Shown here: positions 16,293 through 25,178 of the stretch, one piece after another
Position numbering within the stretch: position 1 is the stretch's first letter
Layout of the letters: every line of letters begins with the position of its first letter
DNA from: Acaryochloris thomasi RCC1774
GTDB taxonomy: Bacteria > Cyanobacteriota > Cyanobacteriia > Thermosynechococcales > Thermosynechococcaceae
NCBI RefSeq assembly: GCF_003231495.1
Contig: NZ_PQWO01000006.1
Span: 257,387-289,386, forward strand
DNA length: 32,000 nucleotides
Direction of reading: 5' to 3'
The notes under the pieces: generated by a model
Database searches by the model: none
What the model saw: the letters and a program-made list of their open reading frames with translations, nothing else
What the model was told of the DNA's origin: nothing
Made by a program: the position numbers and the translations under genes

Positions 16293-16723
16293 TGGCTGCT
16301 CCTTTGATCTCGTTGGTGGTGGAAGGTACGTGAGAGGTGTATTTGAAGAATCGGAGCAATCAGCGTTGTTACCACTACCATAATCAAAACAGCCGCATCC
16401 AGAGACTCAGACAAAACGCCGGTAGAGGCTCCCAAACCAGCAACGATAAGACCGACTTTTCCTCGAAGGGTCATGCTAGTGCCTATTGCGAATCGATTGA
16501 TGGGTTTATCACCGAAGGGCGCGTAGCCTGCGATTGCTTTCACTGCGATCGCACCCCCCCCGGCGATCACTAGCCCCTCTCGGTTCTCAGGCATCAGCGG
16601 ATTCAGAACGCGCAGGTTGACGCTGGCTCCAATCGTGACAAAAAAGATCGTTGTATATATGTATACGAAGGGCTGTCTTAAGTGCATCATCGACGGAACG
16701 ATCTGCCAAAAAGTTATGGGCAT
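16289..16723 (-). pseudogene. Cation:proton antiporter (CPA-type) C-terminal fragment
   Basis: The 144 aa match only the last TM segments of Na+/K+:H+ exchangers ('IFFVTIGASVNLRVL', 'GTSMTLRGKVGLIVAGLG', 'VVVTTLIAPIL'). About 250 N-terminal residues are absent. The stop overlaps the GUN4 ATG (ATGA). Confidence 0.5.
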
Positions 16724-16725
16724 GC

Positions 16726-16917
16726 CTACTGTTTCTCTTCTTTTTGCTGCTGAACTGCCTCATACCCAACGCCAATCACAAAGCCTAAGGTTGAGCCGAC
16801 GAGAATAATGGTGGCTCTGCGAGATTTAGTCTGACTCACATGATCGATCACGACACCCAGCGCTGCACCCACAAAAGCGGTTACTATTCCTGAAAAAATC
16901 AGCATTCTAAAATTCAT
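16726..16917 (-). CDS. Small two-TM membrane protein (hypothetical)
   Basis: 63 aa with two hydrophobic segments (MLIFSGIVTAFVGAALGVVI, ATIILVGSTLGFVIGVGY). It sits 2 nt upstream of the next ORF. No clear SD. Confidence 0.45.
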   Translation of the reverse strand: MNFRMLIFSGIVTAFVGAALGVVIDHVSQTKSRRATIILVGSTLGFVIGVGYEAVQQQKEEKQ

Positions 16918-16930
16918 TGTTCATCTTGTT

Positions 16931-17023
16931 TCAGACAAAAACAAAAGAGCAGAACAGCAAGATCGCGGTGACAAAAAATAAACCGTTATTCATCCAATCA
17001 TTGAAATTCCAGTCTTTGAACAT
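16931..17023 (-). CDS. 30-aa single-TM peptide downstream of the RND pump (not in the supplied ORF track)
   Basis: ATG at 17023 lies 10 nt after GGAGAA. Translation is MFKDWNFNDWMNNGLFFVTAILLFCSFVFV-stop. It begins 51 nt after the RND stop codon, on the same strand. Confidence 0.35.
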   Translation of the reverse strand: MFKDWNFNDWMNNGLFFVTAILLFCSFVFV

Positions 17024-17074
17024 CTAGAGCTTTCTCCAATCGTTATCTCATCACAGTAATCCGATGACGCAATC

Positions 17075-20000
17075 TCACTTATCCGGGGGACTCTTGACCA
17101 TGTTGGCTTCAGCTTCCTCCTCACTCATCGAAGGTCCAAGAGCCTCCATCTTTCTTCCTTTCCTGCCGCCACCCTTCAAGAAAGATTCCTCCAGATTCTT
17201 GATGACAATATAGAGAATCGGAACAAAGATCAGACTCAACGTCGTTGCCACCAACATGCCGCCAAAGACTGCTGTCCCCAGCGACCAGCGGCTTACTGCA
17301 CCCGCACCCGACGCAATCACCAACGGGATAAAGCCTGCCAGTGTCGAAATCGCCGTCATCAAAATAGCCCGAAATCGCTGCTCAGAAGCAAAGATAGCGG
17401 CTTGCTTGATTTTCATCCCCAAATCACGATTTTGATTCGCAAATTCCACAATCAAGATCGCATTCTTACTCGCCATCCCAATCAGCATCACTAAGCCAAC
17501 CTGAGCATAGATATTGTTGTTCAGCACCGGCCAAACGCCACCCGCCTGAAAAACCGTTGCTCTCAGCCAAATTCCGCCCAGCGCCCCCAAAATTGCTAGT
17601 GGAACAGAAAGCATAATGATCAAGGGATCGATATAGCTTTCGTACTGTGCTGCTAAGACCAAGAAAACCATCACAAAGCTCAGACCGAACACAATTGGAG
17701 CTGCGCCACCTGCTGACTTCTCTTCCGCTGCAGTATTGGTCCATTCATAGTCGAAACCGGGCTGCAGGGTGGCTTCAGCAACTTCTTCCATTGCTTGAAT
17801 GATCTGCCCTGAGCTATATCCAGGCGCAGGGGCTACGTTGACCTTGATCGCTGGATAGACGTTGTAGTTGCTGACAATGGGTGGGTAAGAAATTTGTTTC
17901 GCATTGATGAGATTGCTGAGCTGAATGAGTTCACCGTCACGCGATCGCACATACAAACTATTAATATCCTCCGGGTTCTGGCGCTGCTCCGCCTCTGCTT
18001 GGGCATAGACGCGATAGAGCCTGCCGTCGAGGACGAACTGATTGACAAAATTAGAGCCAAGGTAGGTCTGCAGCGTAGTTAAAATCTCGCTCACGTCTAC
18101 GTTTTGAGCATTGGCGCGATCGCGATCAATATCCGCCTCTAGCATCGGGCTGTCGAAGGTAAAGGTGGTCAGCGCCATTGCAACCTCGGGTCGCTCATTC
18201 GCGGCGGCAATCACTTTCTGGGTATTGTCGATTAGGGCATCCATCCCTCTACCCTGGCGGTCTTCAATAAAAATTTCTGACCCCCCAAAGCTGCTTAGAC
18301 CATCGACCGGCGGAGCGTTAACGGCAATCACTCTTCCCCCGTCAATACCTTGCTGAAATTGCTGATTGGCCTTCTGAAGCACCCCGAAAATAGAGCTAGA
18401 ATCTTTGGGGCGCTGCGCCCAGGGATAGAGCTTGACGAACATAATGCCTTTATTGCTGTTCAGGCCATCGAAAGAGAAGCCTGACAGCCCCATCGTATGC
18501 TCCACCTCCTCGTAATCCATCATCATCTGAGCGGCTTGCTCCGTAATTCGGTGGGTATAGTTCAACGAAACTCCGGGCGGTGCTTCGATAATCACAAAGA
18601 AATAGCCCTGGTCTTCTTCGGGCACAAATCCTTGAGGCAGCGTCTGATAGGCCCACCCCGTCAGAACTAAACCCGCCACAAAGATAGCGATCACTACCGG
18701 CTTGATCCGAGTCAAGAACTCAATGAGCTGACGATAGCGTCCTTTCAACCCATCAAAGCTGCGATTAAATCGAGGGAATAACCAGCCCAAAGGCCCCTTC
18801 ACCGGCTCCGCTCGCTGCAGGAAAACCCCAGACATTGAGGGCGAAAAGGTGAGGGCATTAAACGTTGAAAAAACAACGGCAAATGCAATGGTCAGCGCGA
18901 ACTGTTTATACACAATCCCCGTCGTACCAGGGAAGAACGTTACTGGAATGAAGACGGCCATTAACACAACAGACGTAGAAATTACAGCTCCCACCAGCTC
19001 ATCCATTGCATCTAAAGCAGCCTGCTGAGGACTCATACCCTGAGACAGCTTGCCTGAGACGGCTTCGACAATGACAATCCCGTCATCTACCACTAGACCC
19101 GTGGCGAGAATACAGGCAAACAGCGTTAACTGATTGAGCGTAAAACCCAAGACCTGCAGCGCAATCATCGTCCCAATCAAAGCTACCGGGATCGCCACGG
19201 CGGGGATCAAAGTCGCTCGCCAATCCTGCAGAAAGATAAAGATGATTAAGATCACCAACCCAATGGCTTGGGCAAGGGTCACGAGCAGATCCTTTAGAGA
19301 CGCATTGATAAACAGCGTGTTATCGTGAGCGACTTCAGCCTTCAAGCCTCGCGGAAAGTCGGCCTCTAACTCCGCCATTTTGGCCTTCACCAGTTCGGCT
19401 GTATTGAGTGCGTTGGTTCCCGGAAGTTGATAGATGACGAGTCCCACCGCTGGGTTCTCTGCATCAAATACGGCCTGAGAAAAATAGCTTTCTACGCCTA
19501 ACTCTGCGCGACCCACATCACTAACCTTAATCAGCGTGCCGTTCTCTCCAGCTTGAACCACTAAACTTTCGGCTTCCTCGACCGTCGTGAAGCGTCCTAA
19601 CACCCTTAGCGGCAGCTCAAATTGCTGTTGCGGAACGGTGGGCTGACGACCCACGCCCCCTGCCCCTACTTCAAAGTTTTGGCTTTGAACCGCATTCACC
19701 ACATCGGCTGCCGTTAGCCCCCGAGCTGCCAGCTTGTCAGGGTCGAGCCAGAGGCGCATCGAATAGGTCGCGGCACCAAAAGCCCTGAGACTGCCCACTC
19801 CTTCAATTCGCCTCAGTTCATTCCAGAGATAGCGATCGAGATAGTTATAGAGAAAATCAGGTTCGTAGTAGTAGTCACCCGCTTTATCTTTCTCGGAGTA
19901 AAGGGAATAAACCAGCGTGACGCTCGGAGACTCCTTCTCTGTGGTTATCCCCGTCGCTGTAACGCTTGGGGGCAGATTGGACTGTGCCTGCGCTACCCGG

Positions 20001-20338
20001 TTTTGCACGAGCACCTGTGCTGTATTCGTATCTTTTTCAACCGGGAAAGAGACGTTGATCGTGGCGCTGCCGGTGTTGTCGGTGCTGGAGCTGATCCACT
20101 TGATGTCCTCGGTGCCGTTGATCTCGCGTTCGAGGACGGTCGTTACATTCTCAACGGCAGTTTTGGCATCTGCCCCCACGTAATTTGCCCGGACAGCAAT
20201 CTGCTTTGGTGCAATCTGAGGCAGTTTATCCAGTGGCAGCAAGGCCATACAAATCAGACCCAGCAGCACAATCACGATAGTGCAGACGGTTGTTAAAACG
20301 GGACGCTTGATGAAGGGAGTGGAAACAGAAAACAGCAT
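17075..20338 (-). CDS. RND efflux transporter permease (AcrB/HAE1-like)
   Basis: 1087 aa. Typical RND N-terminus 'FIKRPVLTTVCTIVIVLLG', two large periplasmic loops and 12-TM architecture. Confidence 0.95.
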   Translation of the reverse strand: MLFSVSTPFIKRPVLTTVCTIVIVLLGLICMALLPLDKLPQIAPKQIAVRANYVGADAKTAVENVTTVLEREINGTEDIKWISSSTDNTGSATINVSFPVEKDTNTAQVLVQNRVAQAQSNLPPSVTATGITTEKESPSVTLVYSLYSEKDKAGDYYYEPDFLYNYLDRYLWNELRRIEGVGSLRAFGAATYSMRLWLDPDKLAARGLTAADVVNAVQSQNFEVGAGGVGRQPTVPQQQFELPLRVLGRFTTVEEAESLVVQAGENGTLIKVSDVGRAELGVESYFSQAVFDAENPAVGLVIYQLPGTNALNTAELVKAKMAELEADFPRGLKAEVAHDNTLFINASLKDLLVTLAQAIGLVILIIFIFLQDWRATLIPAVAIPVALIGTMIALQVLGFTLNQLTLFACILATGLVVDDGIVIVEAVSGKLSQGMSPQQAALDAMDELVGAVISTSVVLMAVFIPVTFFPGTTGIVYKQFALTIAFAVVFSTFNALTFSPSMSGVFLQRAEPVKGPLGWLFPRFNRSFDGLKGRYRQLIEFLTRIKPVVIAIFVAGLVLTGWAYQTLPQGFVPEEDQGYFFVIIEAPPGVSLNYTHRITEQAAQMMMDYEEVEHTMGLSGFSFDGLNSNKGIMFVKLYPWAQRPKDSSSIFGVLQKANQQFQQGIDGGRVIAVNAPPVDGLSSFGGSEIFIEDRQGRGMDALIDNTQKVIAAANERPEVAMALTTFTFDSPMLEADIDRDRANAQNVDVSEILTTLQTYLGSNFVNQFVLDGRLYRVYAQAEAEQRQNPEDINSLYVRSRDGELIQLSNLINAKQISYPPIVSNYNVYPAIKVNVAPAPGYSSGQIIQAMEEVAEATLQPGFDYEWTNTAAEEKSAGGAAPIVFGLSFVMVFLVLAAQYESYIDPLIIMLSVPLAILGALGGIWLRATVFQAGGVWPVLNNNIYAQVGLVMLIGMASKNAILIVEFANQNRDLGMKIKQAAIFASEQRFRAILMTAISTLAGFIPLVIASGAGAVSRWSLGTAVFGGMLVATTLSLIFVPILYIVIKNLEESFLKGGGRKGRKMEALGPSMSEEEAEANMVKSPPDK

Positions 20339-20382
20339 TAGTGTCTAGAGATTAGGTTGCCGGAATTTAAAAGCCGTAATCG

Positions 20383-21750
20383 TCAGTTACTCTGCTGCTG
20401 GCCCTCTCCTGCTTCTAGACTTCCGACCGTCTCTGCTTCCGTGATCGGTGTGCTGTCTTTGAGACTCAAAATATTGGAGGTGGCGATGCGATCTCCGACT
20501 TGGACGCCAGAGAGAATCTGATAGGCTTGATTTTGGATTTTGCCCAGCTTGATGGGCTGCTGCTGAGCCACTAGAGTGGCCTCGCCTGCCTCAGATTTCT
20601 GTTCTTTCGCGACGTAAACAAAGCTCTGCCCACCTAGAGTAGAAATGGCTGTTGTGGGGACGAGGATTCCTGGATTTTGATCCCAGATCACTCGAACGCG
20701 GACATACTCTCTATCTCGCAACCGACTCTGACTGGGGAACGTTACCTTCGCCAAGATTGATTGGGCATTCTGCTGCACCAGCGGAGCAACGTACGAAATT
20801 GTTCCTTTAATGCTCGATGTCTCACCATCTTCAATTGTTTCTGTCGCCAACCCTCGCTGGAGCCGATCGCGATTCTCAATCGGGATATTAATATTCAGCT
20901 CAAGATCTTGGTTGTTGGTAAGCGTCGTCAGTTGCTCACCAATGCTTACGTAGTCTCCGACTTTCTTCTCATCAAAGCTACCAATCACCCCATCAATCGG
21001 AGCGCTAATTGTATTAAAAGCAAGATTTTGACCGACTGACTTCAATTCAGCCGCTGAGCGAGAAACTGCCGCCTTTTGACTGGCAATACTTGCCCTGGCC
21101 TGATCGACTTGTCTATCAGAAGCCTCAAGGGATTCGACGGCTGCATTGAGAGCTTCTTGGCGAGAATTGCGCTGAGCTATATTTGTCTTGAGATCGCGGT
21201 TGGCATCATCTAAGTTCTGCTGAGGCTGCACGCCCTCCTTAACCAGCATTTTGGCGCGCCCCATATTGATCTGTGCTAATTCGACTTCGGCACCCAAATT
21301 TTCTAAATCGGCCTTCGCACTTTTTACCTGAGCAGCCGCCACTGCACGGTTTGCCTGGGCTGTTCTGAGTTCAGCTAGGGCTTGACCTAACGTAGCCCGC
21401 TCAACGTTGACGCTCTGATTGGCTGCATTGACATTTTCCTGGGCTTGGGTTGGTTCTAGTCGAACGATTTTGTCGCCCTTGCGCACTCTCTGTCCCTGCC
21501 TGACAAAAATTTCTATGATTCTGCCGTCGATTCGAGGAGCGAGGCTAACGCGATCTCGTGCCGTTGAAGTCCCGATAAATTCGCTGCTGTTAACGTGTGT
21601 ATCAGATTCAATGGTTGCTAGCTTGACTGCGATGGCTTTTGGCTGCTGCGCCTCTTTTTTGCCACCGCATCCTCCGAGTATTGAAGAGGTAGATAAAGCA
21701 ATAACAGACAAAAGTAGCGAGAAGCTTTTTAATTTGTGTTCAGCAATCAT
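20383..21750 (-). CDS. RND efflux periplasmic adaptor (membrane fusion protein), lipoprotein
   Basis: Lipobox 'ILGGC' after a signal sequence. Long alpha-hairpin region flanked by barrel-sandwich motifs ('RIDGRIIEIFVRQGQRVRKGDKIVRLE'). Confidence 0.9.
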   Translation of the reverse strand: MIAEHKLKSFSLLLSVIALSTSSILGGCGGKKEAQQPKAIAVKLATIESDTHVNSSEFIGTSTARDRVSLAPRIDGRIIEIFVRQGQRVRKGDKIVRLEPTQAQENVNAANQSVNVERATLGQALAELRTAQANRAVAAAQVKSAKADLENLGAEVELAQINMGRAKMLVKEGVQPQQNLDDANRDLKTNIAQRNSRQEALNAAVESLEASDRQVDQARASIASQKAAVSRSAAELKSVGQNLAFNTISAPIDGVIGSFDEKKVGDYVSIGEQLTTLTNNQDLELNINIPIENRDRLQRGLATETIEDGETSSIKGTISYVAPLVQQNAQSILAKVTFPSQSRLRDREYVRVRVIWDQNPGILVPTTAISTLGGQSFVYVAKEQKSEAGEATLVAQQQPIKLGKIQNQAYQILSGVQVGDRIATSNILSLKDSTPITEAETVGSLEAGEGQQQSN

Positions 21751-22062
21751 TTCACGAAGCCTGCTCTAGAGAGATATATCTGCAGCAATTTTGGATTTTT
21801 GTCTAGCTATCAATTTCCGATTGGCCTGCCTCTAAGGGCCGAGCCACACGAACGGCTAGCGCGTTGAAGAGCGATAGCCATAGGAATGCGGTCGTTATTT
21901 CTGTTTGAAAGGGTTCAGAGAATGAATAGAGTTTAAGTAGATTAAGAGGAAGTCTTCTGGTTTGTCTTGTCAGTTCTTGCTCAAATTTGTCAGATATTTC
22001 TTGATATTGACGGGATAGATATCTGCTATTCACACAGCTAATGTTAGCTAACGGATCTAGCT

Positions 22063-22138
22063 GATATTGACCCTCTATCGGTAGACTAATGACCATTGAC
22101 AGTATTGGTCAAATGAATATCATAGATAGTTAGTATCG
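22063..22138. promoter_or_regulatory. LysR-type divergent control region (intact copy of the 15460..15546 element)
   Basis: Lies immediately upstream of the LysR ATG. It shares the blocks listed for 15460..15546 and contains the dyad TGACC-n12-GGTCA (22090..22111). Confidence 0.55.
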
Positions 22139-23092
22139 ATGAATCTAATTCCAGAAGAGTCTTCTGTGACGATTGACTACGCCAGCCTCCGCCAGCTCGA
22201 CTTAAATCTGCTGCTTGCCTTTGACATTCTCGTTGAAGAGGCGAGTGTGACTCAGGCTGCTGAGAAGCTGAACATGAGCCAGTCAGCAATGAGCCATGCA
22301 CTTAAGCGTTTGCGGGCAGTGCTTGGCGATCCGATTTTGATTCGGACTTCACAGCGACAGATGGAAGTGACCCCCTATGCCCGTGAGATCAGTCCTCAGG
22401 TGCGACAGGTGCTCACAGATATTCAGGAAACGCTGCTGGCGAAAGATGTCTTCGACCCTGCCACTGCTCAAGAGGATTTTAGAATTGCCACTAATGACTA
22501 CGTTGAGGCGACCCTCAGCGCCCATTTGCTCCCAGAATTAATGCAGCAAGCGCCTGAAATTCAGGTGCGAATCGCGGGCATGGATAAGGATACAGCCTTA
22601 GCTTCTCTTGATAACAACAGCATCGATTTGTTCATCGGAGCGGGCTTAGATCTGAAGCGCTGGCATATTCGTGAAGCACTTTATCCGGAAGAGTTTGTCT
22701 GTGTGGTGCAGAGCGACTGTCCGTTGACTGAACTATCGCTAGAGGAGTATGCATCGAGATCTCATATCCTAGTTTCACTTCAGGATGACTTTCGAGGCGT
22801 TGGCGATCTAATCCTGGAACAGCAGCAGCAGTCTCGCCAGGTTGTTTGGTCAACGCCTCACTTTATGGCTGTGCCCTTTATGTTGGCCAACTCAGACTGC
22901 GTCGCCCTCTTGCCCAAGCGAATGGCGGAGCGATGTGCTAGGGAGATGGGGCTAAAGCTACTGCCGCCGCCCATCGACGTGACGGGATTCACGGTGTCTA
23001 TGGTCTGGCATCAGCGTCACAATAATCGTCCCCAGCACCAATGGCTCAGAAGTCAGCTTATAGCTGCCGCACAGCGTCTATCCGATCTCTAA
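22139..23092 (+). CDS. LysR family transcriptional regulator
   Basis: N-terminal HTH 'LDLNLLLAFDILVEEASVTQAAEKLNMSQSAMSHALKRLR' plus a C-terminal substrate-binding domain. Confidence 0.9.
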   Translation: MNLIPEESSVTIDYASLRQLDLNLLLAFDILVEEASVTQAAEKLNMSQSAMSHALKRLRAVLGDPILIRTSQRQMEVTPYAREISPQVRQVLTDIQETLLAKDVFDPATAQEDFRIATNDYVEATLSAHLLPELMQQAPEIQVRIAGMDKDTALASLDNNSIDLFIGAGLDLKRWHIREALYPEEFVCVVQSDCPLTELSLEEYASRSHILVSLQDDFRGVGDLILEQQQQSRQVVWSTPHFMAVPFMLANSDCVALLPKRMAERCAREMGLKLLPPPIDVTGFTVSMVWHQRHNNRPQHQWLRSQLIAAAQRLSDL

Positions 23093-23131
23093 ATGAGGTT
23101 TTCGTTTGCTTCGCGCTTTTATGGTCTTTCC

Positions 23132-23160
23132 TGTAAAGCCCTGATTTGGAAGGCTTTACA
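23132..23160 (+). terminator. 9-bp perfect hairpin after the LysR gene (terminator candidate)
   Basis: tgtaaagcc / 11-nt loop / ggctttaca, 40 nt after the LysR stop. No U-tract follows. Confidence 0.3.
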
Positions 23161-23222
23161 AAACAATCTGACTATTGCGACAGTAGTTTTAAAGGTCGGC
23201 AATCTTCTTGCAGAGGTACTTT

Positions 23223-24404
23223 ATGACTCGACAATGGCTGCAGCCACCCCGCCTTCGAGTGGGAGAAGGTGAAGAAGGTCAACCTCGCCATGCAACTTGG
23301 TTGGAGCTGTTTTACGATCTGGTTTTTGTGGTCGCGGTCTCGCAGTTAGCTCATAAACTCAGCGATGATGTTTCGCTGCCAGGATTTCTCAGCTTTGCGG
23401 TACTGTTTATACCCGTGTGGTGGGCCTGGATTGGAACGACTTTTTATGCCAATCGCTTTGATACGGACGATATTGTCCGGCGGGTGATCATGGGGCTGCA
23501 GATGCTTGCGATCGCATCTCTAGCCGTAAACGTCCATCACGGTTTAGGCGAAAGTTCCATTGGCTTTGCGCTCGCCTATGCCGCTTCGCGAGTGATGTTG
23601 ATTTTCGAATATCTCTGGGCTGGGTGGCATATTCCCAAAGCGCGTCCCCTCACCAATCGCTACGCTTTTGGGTTTAGCATTGGCGCACTGCTGTGGCTCA
23701 TTTCAGTCTTTGTCCCGCTCCCGTTTCGTCTGGGTCTATGGGCCGTGGGCTTAGCGATCGATTTTGCGACACCGCTGAGTGCGGGGAAATACACCCTCCA
23801 GATCCCACCCCATCCTGAGCATCTTCCTGAGCGGTTTGGCTTGTTCACAATCATTGTGTTGGGGGAAGCGATTATTGCTGTGGTCAATGGCATCTCAGAT
23901 ATGGACTGGAGCAGCTTGAGCATCGGGGCTGCTGTTCTAGGGTTCACCACCGCTTTCTCACTTTGGTGGATCTATTTTGAGAATGTCGAAGGTTCTGCCC
24001 TAGAAAAGGCCCGCACCTCTGGACGTATCTTGGGCCTCCAGGTTTGGCTCTATATCCACCTTCCTTTCGTGATTGGGCTGGCGGCAACTGGCGTTGGTGT
24101 CGAACACATTATCGCCAGTGCCAGTACTGCAGCTCTACCCACGCCTGAACGCTGGCTGATTTGTGGATCGGTGGCGATGTGCTATTTCTCTCTAGCCGTG
24201 CTGCATCGTACGGGGGTAATCTTTTTCTGTAAGGCAAGAACTCGGCATCGGTTGTGGGCTGTGGGGGTGGTTTTAGGAGTTGCGATCGCAGGCACCCAGC
24301 TTCTTCCCATCACCGTGATTGCCCTAATCGCAGCCGTCGGAATTGTGCAAGTCAGCTTAGACCTATATCAGGGTAAACCAGAACCCTCTAAAGCTGGCGT
24401 GTAA
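23223..24404 (+). CDS. ltrA: Low temperature requirement protein A (LtrA) family membrane protein
   Basis: 'ATWLELFYDLVFVVAVSQL' is the LtrA N-terminal signature, followed by about 10 TM segments. The start was chosen at ATG 23223; the listed ORF begins at TTG 23208. Confidence 0.8.
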   Translation: MTRQWLQPPRLRVGEGEEGQPRHATWLELFYDLVFVVAVSQLAHKLSDDVSLPGFLSFAVLFIPVWWAWIGTTFYANRFDTDDIVRRVIMGLQMLAIASLAVNVHHGLGESSIGFALAYAASRVMLIFEYLWAGWHIPKARPLTNRYAFGFSIGALLWLISVFVPLPFRLGLWAVGLAIDFATPLSAGKYTLQIPPHPEHLPERFGLFTIIVLGEAIIAVVNGISDMDWSSLSIGAAVLGFTTAFSLWWIYFENVEGSALEKARTSGRILGLQVWLYIHLPFVIGLAATGVGVEHIIASASTAALPTPERWLICGSVAMCYFSLAVLHRTGVIFFCKARTRHRLWAVGVVLGVAIAGTQLLPITVIALIAAVGIVQVSLDLYQGKPEPSKAGV

Positions 24405-24483
24405 GATAACTGACTCGATTAAGTAGAGCAATTGCAAAACACTCGATGTGAAGCAAGTTGAAAGCTGAGAGGTACAAAGAATC

Positions 24484-25173
24484 TTGCAAACTTCATTTGA
24501 TCAGCTCGTCGTCGTCGTTGCCAGTCGAGGCATTGGTGCCAAAGTCACTGAGCATCTTGTCTCTCGTACACGTCAATTGACTGCAGTTTCTCGTTCTCCA
24601 GCTCCGTTCGGGCGTTGGGTTGAAGCTGATGTCAGCCAGGAGAAAGGTATCGAAGCAATTAAGAAGGCGGTAGCAGATACTGCACTGAATGGATTACTTT
24701 ATATGGGCGGTACGTGGGAGACCCAAGCATTTACTTCCGAGTATGCTTTCGAGCAGTGTTCTGACGAGGATATAGCTCAGGTATTGTCTGTTAACTTCAT
24801 AACACCCATTCTCCTTGTAAAATCCTTGTTACTGTCTCTGCGAAAATCACCAAACCCTAAAGTCATATTGATGGGTGCTCTGTCAGGGCTAGATAATTTT
24901 CCCGCAAGAGAAGTGGCAAATTCAGCGTCAAAGTTCGGTTTGCGTGGCGTTGTTCACGCGCTACGAGACGATAGAATTGCGGTCACAGTAATGAATCCTG
25001 GAAATATTGCAGCTCCTGAAGTTCTATCTGACCTGAGCGAAGCCGGAGAATCGGACGATCATGCGACACCGCTTTTTGATCTACTGAGCATTATTGACTG
25101 CGTTCTTTCTCTGTTTCGATCAACCTGTACTAAAGAAATTCAAGTTCCAGCAATGAATGCGAGAGGAGCCTAA
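24484..25173 (+). CDS. Atypical SDR-fold protein (degenerate cofactor and catalytic motifs)
   Basis: SDR-like layout, but TGxxxGxG reads 'VVASRGIG', NNAG reads 'YMGG', and YxxxK reads 'NSASK' (Tyr replaced by Asn). TTG start. The stop lies 5 nt before the next ORF. Confidence 0.65.
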   Translation: MQTSFDQLVVVVASRGIGAKVTEHLVSRTRQLTAVSRSPAPFGRWVEADVSQEKGIEAIKKAVADTALNGLLYMGGTWETQAFTSEYAFEQCSDEDIAQVLSVNFITPILLVKSLLLSLRKSPNPKVILMGALSGLDNFPAREVANSASKFGLRGVVHALRDDRIAVTVMNPGNIAAPEVLSDLSEAGESDDHATPLFDLLSIIDCVLSLFRSTCTKEIQVPAMNARGA

Positions 25174-25178
25174 TCTGA

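Noticed and set aside
17466-20296. Listed short ORFs overlapping the RND permease gene
   Set aside because: They are embedded in a continuous 1087-aa RND frame, and none shows an independent signal.
21803-22096. 97-aa minus-strand ORF between the LysR gene and the MFP gene
   Set aside because: Its start codon lies inside the conserved LysR operator blocks. It has no SD, no recognisable domain, and sits in lower-GC leader-like sequence. It is retained only as an open question in the findings.
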